DNA from: the human T2T-CHM13v2.0 reference genome, Homo sapiens
Strand: one strand, 5' to 3'
Length of the DNA: 64,000 bases
Assembly (NCBI RefSeq): GCF_009914755.1
Contig: NC_060938.1
The notes under the pieces were generated by a model. It did no database searches. It worked only from the letters and a program-made list of their open reading frames with translations, and was not told the origin of the DNA. The translations under genes were made by a program, and so were the position numbers. Below are positions 35,690-48,543 of the stretch, in pieces. Every line of letters begins with the position of its first letter. Positions within the stretch are counted from its first letter, which is position 1.

Positions 35690-36210
35690 TAGGTACTGCT
35701 ACCAATCAGGCTTCTTATGGTGCAATAGCAGAAAACAAGTCTAGTTGGCTTAAAGAGAAAAGGAATTTATCTCAAAGGACACTATTAATCTACAGTGTTG
35801 CTGGGAAAAGCTGGAGACCCAGCTCAGTAAACATGGACTAAGGAAGGCTGCAGGATGGGGACTCCACAACATGGAAGCCCAGTGAAGACCCTGAGTTGCC
35901 TGGGACCCTGGCCACTAAAGCTCCTACATTCTGTCCCTGGATAGTGAATGTCATCAATGGCACCACTGCCATGGCCTTCTCTCCTTTTCCACTAGATGTT
36001 GCTGCCCCACTCTGCTTCCAGAAAAAATTCTCTATAGTCCCTGCTTTTCTGTACCACTAACCCTGATTAGAGAAGGCTGCAGAAGAAAGTATATGACCTT
36101 TAAGGCTTTTCTACTGGGAGGTGGGCTCTGCCTCCTATGAAGACATACACAGTAAGGCTGGGAAGAAGGTCCTAATGCTGGGCAGCCAGAAAAGTCAAAT
36201 GACTAACATA
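35690..36210 (-). mobile_element. Old ERVL/MaLR LTR remnant (LTR33/MLT-like)
   Basis: tgcaatagcagaaaac...ggcttaaagagaaaaggaatttat start and gctgggcagccagaaaa..aaatgactaaca end. Confidence 0.5.
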
Positions 36211-36805
36211 GGAATGCTACCTATTCAGGAAACAATGGCTGAAACAGTACAAAGCCCCTGTTCTCTGGCTAAGTGCTCTGAAGCAAAGTTTGAGTGAGCT
36301 ACTCAGATCCCTGACCCTACAGCTTTAAACCTCCTAGCTGAGCCCACATTACCCTCAACCCAAGTCGGGGGTAATGATTTGTTGTTCAGCCACAAATCGG
36401 GCTCACAGCTGAGGCTCCTACAAGTTGATGTTTCAATCACTATAGTTTTCTGTTTTGTTCCTAAGAGTAGGCCACAGCCTCCCACCCTCATCCCTGGAAA
36501 TTGGGTCCAGTATTTCTCCCTTCTCCTACCATGCCCAAATTCCTGAGCCTAGAGTCAGAAGAGCTGGTATGAGTTACAGCTTCGTGACTTCCAAACCTGG
36601 GAAAAGGCTAGTTAATAATCTCTGAGCCTCACCACATTCATCGGCTGACAGGATGACCAATGGAGATAAGTAACAGCCCTCTGTACATTCAAATTATAAG
36701 CATGAGCTCATTAGTTAACAGACTTCAAAGATATGATAAAGTCTCCAGTTCTTTAGGATTGTGGCCTTCTCTTGGTCTCTCTGGTTCTTATGGGCACTGA
36801 TGTCA

Positions 36806-37173
<368 letters not shown>

Positions 37174-37819
37174 TCATCATTTAAAAAGTCTGGTAGTAAC
37201 ACAATGCTAACCCTAAACCCCCCCGCCCCCCCACCCCGTCCTACATCCCTTCCACTTTCAGTTCTGCTCCCCAGAGGTAACTACTCTCAATTCTTTAGCT
37301 CTTTCTTCTAGTATTTACCTCTCTATATTACTATTTTTATTAAATCAATATTTAGTGTTTATAATTAAATAGTGCTTACTGCTGAGCCATGCTGTGTACT
37401 AAAATTATTTATTCTTTCATATGTACTGTTAAATTTATCTTGGAAATATTCATTTCTTCTTTTTCCATTTGCTTCATTTTCTAAGAACTTATTGCTAATT
37501 CTTCATAAATGCACCACAAGAGCCATAAAATTGCTTTGTCATTTGCTATTTAATGTTCAAACATTGAAAGTAATTGATTTCTTCCGAGACACCTCTTTCC
37601 TTGGAGACTTTCACCCTCCCGGTCTGGGCTAGACTGAATGCCCACAAGACCTACTGTGTGGCTGATGCGTGGGATCTCCCTTTGCTTCCTTCCCGTGTTG
37701 GAGCCCATTTTCTAGATCCTTCACTTCTTTGTTCTTGGTTTGCTTCGTCATTTGGTGGAATACATTCCCAGCAGCTGCCTGAGTGGGGAAGCAGGGGAAA
37801 TATCCCTACACAGGCAGTT

Positions 37820-38950
37820 TTTCGAGGTATGACTGAAAAATGCCTTTATTTAGCCTTACACTTGATTGACTGTTTGGCTAAATATAGGATTTTGTGTTTA
37901 AAATAATTTTCCATCAGCTTTTGGAAGACACTACTTCACTGTATTGTGGTATTCAGTTGTTGCTACTGAAAATCTCAATACCATCTGATTCCTATTTCTT
38001 TGCATGGAACCTAATTTTTCTCCTCCCTGCAACATTTTAAAATTGTCTCTTTTTCCCCAGTGTTCTGAAAAAGAAACTTTTTATATAGAAATTCCTTTAG
38101 TTTTGGAAATATTTCTTATATTACTCCTTAGATACTGTCTTCTCTTCACTTTTCTCTGGTATATATTTCTAAAGCCACTATTTGTTAGATGTTAGACCCT
38201 GGATGAATACTCTAGTTTTATTTGTCTCCACTCATCTCTTTATTATATTATTTACTTTCTAGATTTCCTCAACTGTACCTTTCAATGCTTCCATTATATC
38301 TTTCATTTCTGCTATCTTATTTCTAAAAGCTCCTGTTTTTACTTTAATAGCATCCTGCTTATGTCTCACTGATTCCATAAAAAGTTCTTTTATATAAGGA
38401 TATTTTGATTCTACTGAAGTTTTCTTCTGCTCCCTTCATTGTCTGCTTCCTCCAGGACTTTGTTCTTTTTGCTCTGATCTCTGTCTCAATTTGGAAGCTT
38501 TCCTCAAATGTCCAGTTATCCTTGGATGGGTTTTCATATTTAAGATTGAGGCAGTAAGCAGCTGTTTGAAAGCTCTGCTGCACAGGCAGGCCTGATGACT
38601 GTAGTCTCCTCTGTAAAACAAATGGAAGGCAAGCTGGCTTTTTCATTTTATAACCCCTGAGTGTAATTTCACTGTGGAAACCCAAAACATCAGTATCTGT
38701 AAGTGTATATACTTTTGAGCTGTTCACCATTTCCAGGACTCCAGTTTCTTCTTGTATTTGCCTGGCTGGTATTACAGCAGGGGTTAAGGAAGTAGGTGAT
38801 TTCACCATAGGGTTTCACATAATTATAGATTTCAACCCTGTGCCACATCCCTACCCTCCTCTGTTGCTATTTCCAGATTTGGAATCTCTCTAATTTCTTT
38901 AGAAAATTCAGAAAATTTTAGAAAATCTCAGGTCTCCTGTGTTTTGTTGT
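37820..38950 (-). mobile_element. Ancient L1M/HAL1 ORF1-region remnant hosting the alternative terminal exon
   Basis: ttgattgactgtttggctaaatataggatt...tcagttgttgct resembles reverse old-L1 ORF1; the minus-strand peptide KTHPRITGHLRKAS resembles the old L1/HAL1 ORF1 N-terminus. Confidence 0.6.
38540..38610 (-). CDS. BTBD7: BTBD7 alternative terminal exon, coding part (EETTVIRPACAAELSNSCLLPQS*), giving a 410-aa isoform
   Basis: Acceptor ccttccatttgttttacag|AG; phase-1 join to exon 3 adds 23 aa (387+23=410), matching my recollection of a 410-aa isoform; minus-strand AATAAA at 38239-38244 and 38217-38222. Confidence 0.8.
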
Positions 38951-39009
38951 GGGGGCAGTAGCAGAGAGGCGAATTGAGGGGGCGGGGACAAGGGCATGTC
39001 ACCTTGTTG

Positions 39010-39218
39010 CAAGTGATAGTAATGCAAGAACAGGCAAATGGACCACTGGGACAAAATGGAGACTGAGTACTGATGCATGAATACAATCCATGCATACATA
39101 GCAGCTTTAAGAGTGGCACAAATCAGGAATAGGGAATTAGTAGGGAATACTTGGCTCACTATATGCAGAAGAACAAAACCACATCCTTTTCTAATACCAT
39201 ACATAAAGATGAATTCCA
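39010..39218 (+). mobile_element. Old L1 ORF2 fragment
   Basis: aacaggcaaatggaccactgggacaaaatggag...taccatacataaagatgaattccag resembles the L1 ORF2 C-terminal region. Confidence 0.6.
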
Positions 39219-39754
39219 GGGTTGGGGAAAGGGTCTGATCCCTCAGTATTCAGACTTAAAATCAACTCTGTCTTTTTAGTTCTATGCTATGCATATCCCT
39301 TCTTTCCAGAGTACTTAGTTCCACCTGGCCTGAGCCACGCCAGAGCTCTAACAGGTGAACTGCCTCACTTCTCCTCAGTAGCCCCCTTTACAGCATCTAA
39401 TTACAGGCTGCTCCTCTGTTAAGCCAGTAATCAAGTCTCTATCTGCTTTCCATTTTCCAAAAATTTCAACATCTTCCCCATTGTTGTTTTCTCCTTAGGT
39501 ATCTTTGTCTCTTTGTCCTTGAGAGCTTATATTTGTTTTATTCCTTCACTATGATAATAGGGCTTTGAAGGAAATAAAATTAAACATATTCATTTTGTTA
39601 TGTTTAAATGAAAATCAAGTGAAGTTAAATCTGGTCCTAAATGCCAGGCCTGTAAGTTGAGGCCGTTATCTACTTGTGATTGCCTACTGCCTGCTCCTCC
39701 CTACTGATATAAAACACATTCTCTGTGTAGGCCAAGAATCTCAACTCTCTGGGC

Positions 39755-41046
<1,292 letters not shown>

Positions 41047-41109
41047 TAAACTTAAAGTTATTTTTAGAAAAAAACTATATGGTAGTGAGAGACATATGTT
41101 GTGGTGATT

Positions 41110-41340
41110 ATTATAGTTTAGCAGCTAACATTTACTGAATGTTTACTATGTAACAGGTGCTACTCAGATCATTTAACATATATTATTTCCTTTAATCATC
41201 ATAGCTTATAGGGTTTACTATCTTTATTTTACAAATGAGAAAAGAGGGGCTTAGGCTATGTGACTTGGTTAAGGTCAAACTAAGACACGGTAGAGAACTG
41301 AAACCCAGTCTGTCTGGTTTTAGAACCTGAACTCTTGAGC
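41110..41340 (-). mobile_element. MIR
   Basis: agctaacattt.actgaatgtttactatgt...ttttacaaatgagaaa...gtgacttg..taaggtca. Confidence 0.72.
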
Positions 41341-41802
41341 TTTATGGTATAAAATCCTACCTCAAGCGAGCTAATATTCTTCTTCCTATGGAAATGAGAT
41401 AAAAATTATGTTAAAGTTATAGTCTTTTATAAACCTTAATATGAATATTTCATGGGTATGGGGGAAAGATATGCCCCACATGGGTTACAAAAAACAAAAC
41501 AAAAATAACTCAAACTCTATTTTGAGTAACAAAGGGAAAAAGAAGAGCATATATATCCACATTTAAGGGAATATTTGTACACAAGATTTTTTTTTGCTTG
41601 TTTTAAGTAACCAGATTAGACAATGCAAAAAGTATTATTTTATATCTTTAAATACACTGAATAAAATACAACTTTTAGCTAAACACTAAAAAAAAAAAAA
41701 AGAAATTAACTCAAGATAAACTCTAGATAAATAATCAAGTATTACCAAAGATCTTAGAGCTGGCTGACAATTTTACTTTGCATCTAAAACTTAAAAAAAC
41801 CT

Positions 41803-42151
<349 letters not shown>

Positions 42152-42549
42152 TTATTAAAAGGCATCAAAAATAAAAATATTTTGAGAAAATATAGTTTTT
42201 TTTTTGGTAATGTTGCAAACTTCAAATTTTTCTGTAGAAGCATTTTCTGACAAATTTGGTTTTACAGAAAAAAATAGTAGCTTAAACTGCTACTCTATTT
42301 TTGATAACATATTTTTCCTACAGTTTGACATCTAAATAGTCTATTATTGATACAATAATTCTTATTCTAAACTAATAAACTGTTTTAATGACATTTTGGT
42401 TGTTGTAATAAAATAAAACATCTATTATAAAAGGATTATGGTAAAGTAAGGTTTTAAAAGATTCTTTATGTAAAAGAAATCTCAACATTTTCCCACTCAA
42501 GTTTATCAACGCCTTCTTCTGTGTAAGTTCCCATTTTATTACTGAGATT

Positions 42550-42718
42550 TTTAAAAAATACAGCTGAGTTCTCACTATGCTGCCCAGAGTACAGTGCAGT
42601 AGCTATTCACAGGTATGATCACAGCTCACTGCAGCCCTGAACTCCTGACCTCAAGCGGTCTTCCTGCCTCAGCCTCCCAAGTAGATAGAACTACAACCAC
42701 ACACCACTGAGACTGGCT
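42550..42718 (-). mobile_element. FAM/FLAM-like Alu monomer
   Basis: ctcactatgctgcccag..agctattcacagg..cctgcctcagcctcccaagtag. Confidence 0.78.
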
Positions 42719-43754
42719 TAATGTTGTTATTTAACTGGGGCTATTTTTCAATTTCTCAAAGCCCTATTGATAGGCTGACTTAACCATATAATACATATTA
42801 TTTTCAAGTTCAGTACTTAGCTTTCCTTATTTAAATTCATGTCTCTTACCCAAACCATTAATATTTTCTTCTAACTGGCAACTTCTAATGTTCTTTTAGC
42901 TAATATGCATTAGCTAAATTTCTCAAGTAGTCTCATGTCACATAGCTTATTTTCTTTTAATATATGGTCACAGAAAGCTAAGAATGCACTCTGTCAAAAC
43001 AGCAAACTGTCTTTGCTCTCCTACAAAAGGTCTCTTTCCAGCTCTGAAATGTTAAGATTCTAACATTTACCAACAGATGTATACTTCTTTTAATGTAACT
43101 TTCATGAATTTGTTTGCCTATAACACAAAAAACGTGCCGTCCTAATTTTAAAAAAATTTTAGTTTAAATTAAATGAAGAAGGCACATGAGTCTAGCGCTA
43201 ACTGTGTTTTACACGCTGTAGGCTGTGGCTTGATGTACAAGTTGAATCTAAAAATAAGATAAGGAATATTTTAAAATTTAAATCAGAAACCCTGCCCAAT
43301 TCTGATTCAACTAAATTCGTATCTAAATGTGACTATCTTCATTTTTGTAATGAATTTTTATTCTTATCCAAACATTTAAACATCAACAAGGTACTGAACA
43401 TAAATATGAGACTCAAAATGTGGGAAACTGGGCTCTTTCAAAGCTTGGGTGGAGAGGGTGTAGGTTGGTAATTATATATTCCCATACCTATCGTCTTACA
43501 TTAGGGAAGAAAGAACCTCAAGTCTCATTTAATGCTCTGAAGTCATTAGTACTGAATACTTGGTTTTACTAGTAAATAAAGAACCACATTAATACTGACC
43601 CTCAATCTGTCTCAGATGTCATAACTGAAGGTTCAAAAAAACTGACCCTGTAACATCCCAAACACTGAAATCACAGAATATACTGGTTGTGTTTTCAATT
43701 TGGAAGATCAATACATAATTCTATAAATCAGAATTAAAAACCAGAACTTCATAC

Positions 43755-44834
43755 CTTGTGCAAGCATGTTAAATTCCAAGAACAGTGCTATGTGGTAAAG
43801 TTCCATGGCTTCTTCTGCCCTGGTCATGTTTGGCTTCCCTGCGACGAGAGCCTGAACTTCACTGAGACTCCCCACAGAGGGGCTACAGTGCAAAACAGAG
43901 AGGTCCACCACGTCGGTATACATACAGTGTAATATCACTGTTGCATATTTTTTTGGTATAATGGACTCATCTAATATAATTCTTGTGGGAGTCCTCAAAG
44001 TTCGGTCTGTGATTTCTTCACCAGTTCGTATCCTCCTTTGTAATAAATTTCGAAAAAATGGGGACCGTGCAGAAATAACAGCCTTGTGGGCTTTGAGCTC
44101 TTCATCTAAACAGTTCTGATTTCCACCAAAAGCTTCAACCAGTTCAGAGTCTGAAGAAAAACTAAGGACGACATCATAATAACACATGTAATCAAAGAGT
44201 CCACGCATATCTACATCAAGGGAATTTGGTGTTCCAAATTCTTCACTAAGCTGAACAAGGATATCGACATTTTGAAACCTTGAGTCCTCCATTCCAAACT
44301 CTCCTGTATAAAGGTAGTGTAACAAAGCAGAAAACATGGGCATATCAATACCAGCTGTATTGATGTCCATTATTATCTCTGCCCCATACTCTGGTGAGGA
44401 AGAAAGCAGTGTTTTAAAAAATGGACACCTTGCTGCCAAAATGGCACGATGAACAGGAAAACAAGTTTCTTGAAATATTAAGTCTACATCAGTACAATAC
44501 TTGTACTCATAAAGATCAGCCATATCTTTCTGCAATGTCCGGGCTTCTGGTCTAGCCAAACTGGCTTGTAGAGAAAGCTCCTTTAATGCTGATGTTCCCT
44601 CATATTCCTCCACTAATGCATTGACATCTCTAACATCCCACCCAGAGAGGAGTTCTCGCATCTGCTTGGCATGATCGGCAGACCTATTAGATTTCCGACG
44701 CTTAATAAACTTCTTTTTGAGGGTGGCAAGACCAGAGGTTCTCTTTTTTTTGTCTTGTGGTTTCTCATGGCCATGGTCAAGGCTATACAACTTTGATTCG
44801 CAACCATAGCCTTGCTGAGAATAGGATGAGGTCC
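43755..44834 (-). CDS. BTBD7: BTBD7 exon 3 (1080 nt): polybasic segment plus two BTB/POZ domains
   Basis: Core of ORF 43708..44790; BTB motifs TDVDLIF..FPVHRAILAARCPFF and YDVVLSF..LKAHKAVISARSPFF; acceptor ttttttcttag|GG; donor CAAG|gtatga; phase 1-1. Confidence 0.98.
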
Positions 44835-45014
44835 CTAAGAAAAAAATTAAACAAATGAAAATTTATTTTTTCTTAACATTCATTTTCAACGTTTAACATT
44901 TTTCATGTTGAAAAATTCTGTAAGCAGACATTACCGAACCACTCAAAATTGCATTTGTTTTTTATAAAGGAAGACAAAAAGTTCAATTAACTCATTTTAG
45001 TTTTCAATTCAATT

Positions 45015-45327
45015 TAATTTTTAGAGATGGAGTCTCACTGTGTTGCTCAAGCTGGAGTGCAGTGGGAAGATCATAGCTCACTGCAGCCTCAAACTCCTGG
45101 GCTCAAGGGATTCTCCCCAACCTCAGCTTCCCAAGTAGCTGGGAGTATAGGCATGTGCCACCATGCCTGGCTAATTAAAAAAATTTTTTTTTCTTTTTTT
45201 GGTAGAGATAGGGTCTCACTAATGTTGCTCAGGCTGGTCTTGAACTCCTGTCCTGGCCTCATGCAATCTTCCTGCCTTGGCCTCCTAAAGTGCTGGGATT
45301 ACAGGTGTGAGCCATTGTGACTGGCCT
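45015..45327 (-). mobile_element. AluJ in intron 2
   Basis: Full reverse Alu, about 180 nt from the exon 3 acceptor. Confidence 0.93.
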
Positions 45328-45866
45328 ACATTTTTTATATTAAATAAGAAATAGGGACAAACAGAGCAAATTAGTCTAAATTTTTTTAGAAAAAGTCTTT
45401 CGTTCCCTGGCTATCAAAGGACATTTGTCATAGATCTTAATCATGGGTTTTTAGGAATGAAAAGTAGGCAGAGTTGTAAATTAAGAACATTACTTGTATA
45501 TAATTGTGAAATGTTTCTTTTTCTTCTTAATTACACAAGTCTGCATTTGTATGGGCAAAATAAATGAAATGGGACACAGGAAATATGTACTTCGCTGTTT
45601 TAACACCAATGGAGACTGCTAGTTTGCCTAAGGTAATTGGCAATTATGGTTAAAACATAGAAAAGCTCAATTGTGCTACAAGTGGTTTAAGATAAAAACC
45701 ATACAAACCAGATTTAAGATTTACGTTTGTTGGGGGAAAAAACCTAGATGCTGCAGAATTATTATAATAACTACAGCTCACTTCTTTTGTCATCTACAGA
45801 GACTACCGAAAACACAATTCTATTATAGTCACAAAAGAAAATGAAGTTAGAAAAACTGAAAGTTAC

Positions 45867-45948
45867 CTATAAAAGTCTGTTGGGCCTGTGAATTTCCCCC
45901 TACCCTCGGGGAACATGAATGAGGATAATTAGATGCATTAGCACCCAT
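45867..45948 (-). CDS. BTBD7: BTBD7 first coding exon (exon 2), coding part MGANASNYPHSCSPRVGGNSQAQQTFI-G
   Basis: ATG at 45948 in strong context (GAAAATGG); donor ATAG|gtaact at 45867/45866; 82 nt, phase 1, joins exon 3 in frame (G|GG ACC). Missed by the ORF track. Confidence 0.96.
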
Positions 45949-46054
45949 TTTCTTCAGTCACTCAGGCATTCCGTCTGCGGGTTCTTCAGAGTATAATCCC
46001 AGAGGCCTTTATGAACCTTCAACCCTGGATCCAGCAGCCTCTTTTCATCCATTT
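45949..46054 (-). other. BTBD7: BTBD7 exon 2 5'UTR part (106 nt) containing three uORFs
   Basis: Acceptor ttttatttcatatcaag|AAATGG at 46055/46054; uATGs at 46052, 46048 and 45969, each closed by TGA before the main ATG. Confidence 0.85.
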
Positions 46055-47221
46055 CTTGATATGAAATAAAAATAATTTAATTCATTTTTTCAAGTGTATC
46101 TCAGATCACAGTTTTTTTTAAAAAGCTACTGAAAACTGCTTTCATTCACAAATAACAACACGCTGTCAAATTCACATGTCAAATTTTCATAAAATGTAAA
46201 TCTTTAAGCTTGAATTATCTGTGTTAGCTGCAATTTGAGCCATAAAATGTACCAATTATATACTTTCTAAGTCAGTAAAAAGTAACATATCAAACCAATT
46301 TAAATATATAGTTACAGGAAGAGTATTTGAAAACACAGGGAAAAGTACTTGGACTGAAAATAAATGTTTTAATTTTTGTTTTAAATCCTTAGAGGCAATC
46401 ACCATTCATTATTATCTAACATTGTAAGCAATTTACAAACATTTAAGAGGTCAACACTGGTACCGCACATACAAATAACACATAATTGATTAGTTGTTTT
46501 TCTGCCTTAAAATAAAGTTGCTAAAAATCAATCTTTAATCTGTATAATTAGGCATTTTACTAAAAGAGGGAGGAGGAAAGGTGGACAATTAAAGCTAAAT
46601 ATATATAAGCTACTTGTTCTATGGTAATTTTGAAAGAAGTTATTATACACATTGCAAGAGACACAAAACAAAAAATTTTATCTATCCACCCCATAAAGCC
46701 CTGAAAAAAAATCCTGCTTTCTATTATGTGATATGATGATTTAAATGGACAGGCCAGTAGCAATAAAAGGTAATTCTAACAATTACAGATTAAATTCTGA
46801 ACATGGAAACTTAACTCTCAGAGCTGCTAGCAAGAGATTTATGCAAAAAAGAAAATCTAAGAGAGAACAAGATTAATGGAAATACTTCTAAATCTTTACA
46901 CCATCTGGATATATAAAATCTATCTGACTAAATGGGGTAACGAGTTTAAGAAGAGAAAACGCCATTTAAAATCTATTATTGGAATTGTTAAGAAACCAGT
47001 AGGCAGTTAACCTAGCCTCACAATGAAGTGTTTTAACAAATATAGTGAAAAACACGTACACAAATTATCACAAAAATCTGCTAGAAACAGAACTGTGTCA
47101 AGATGCTTGGAATTTATTTTCATCTCTGTTAGTGACACAGCATAACCTTATGAATTCATGTTTAAAAATATCGTTAACATTTGTGTTTTCCTACAATCTT
47201 TTATAGACTATATTTATATGA

Positions 47222-47452
<231 letters not shown>

Positions 47453-48189
47453 AGACCAGGAGTCTTGCAAAACAGGAAAACAGGAACTAAAATTACCTCT
47501 ATTAATTCCACTTCAAACTTAAAAACCAGTTAAGTCTAACAAATCTTACTTTTAAAGCTGAGCTCCACAGAATCTTCAAGATCTTATCAGGCTTTTATAG
47601 TGGTTCTTTCAAAGAAAATAAGGGCCTGGAGGCCAAGTTTGTGGCCTCATTTATAGGTCAAATCCTAATCTCACTCAGGGTTTACATTTAAAACAAAAAA
47701 CAGCACAAACAATCCTTTCTCAAAAGAGTTTAAAATATATAAACAAAAATCCAGAATAAAACTATCATGTAAAATAAAAAGCCTTTACCAAAATGAGGGG
47801 GGAAAAAGACTTTTAAGATGAGCTTGGAATCTGAGTGTAAGGGGAGATGGTGAAAATCATGCTGAAGTGTTTCTAAAGGTAAGACGGCATGGTGTCACTC
47901 CTATGGCTAGGCCTCTTTGCACTTTCAAGTTCGATTATTATTTCTTTTTTTTGTTTGTTTTGCTTTTTTATTTCTATTGACTGAGTAAATTTAGTAACAT
48001 AGCAGAGTATGCTTATGGCATGAAACAAAGAAGAATAGAGCCTTGCCTCCGGATGAAGAAAAATCAGAAGCGTCTTCAGAAGCGGACAAGAATTTACTAC
48101 TCTTACTTTAACACGTACATGCATGCACACACATATGGAATTATTTTCATCTGAGAATCTTGTATGGTTTGTAGAGACTCAAGATGCCA

Positions 48190-48543
48190 CACGTTGAGCA
48201 TCCCTAATCAGAAAATCCCAAATCTGAAATGCTCCAAAATCCAATACTTTTTGAGTGCTGACAGGATGCCACAAGTGGAAAATTCTGGAGCTGTCTTCTT
48301 TGCTTTTTGATGGTTCAATGTACATAAACTTTGTTTCATGCACTATATTAAAAATATTGTATAAAATTACCTTCAGGCTATGTGTATAAAGTGTGTATCA
48401 AACATAAATGAATTTTGTGTTTAGACTTGGGTACCCCACCAAGCTATCTCATTATGTAGACACAAATATTACAAAATTGGAAAAAATCCCAAACCTGAAA
48501 CACTTCTGGTTCCAAGCATTTCAGATAAGGAATACTCAACGTG
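48190..48543. mobile_element. Tigger4b/MER46-like MITE
   Basis: TIRs cacgttgagcatccctaatc / gataaggaatactcaacgtg followed by TA; aaatctgaaatgctccaaaatcc. Confidence 0.85.

Noticed and set aside
38359-38808. 149-aa minus-strand ORF
   Set aside because: It lies in a decayed L1-like remnant, and the splice-supported frame at 38610 is a different one.
43708-44790. ORF-track 360-aa protein as a stand-alone single-exon gene
   Set aside because: It starts at an internal TTG and reads through the exon 3 donor into the intron (GMKFWFLILIYRIMY*). The true boundaries are 44834-43755. An intron-retained form is possible (AATAAA at 43357-43362) but unsupported.
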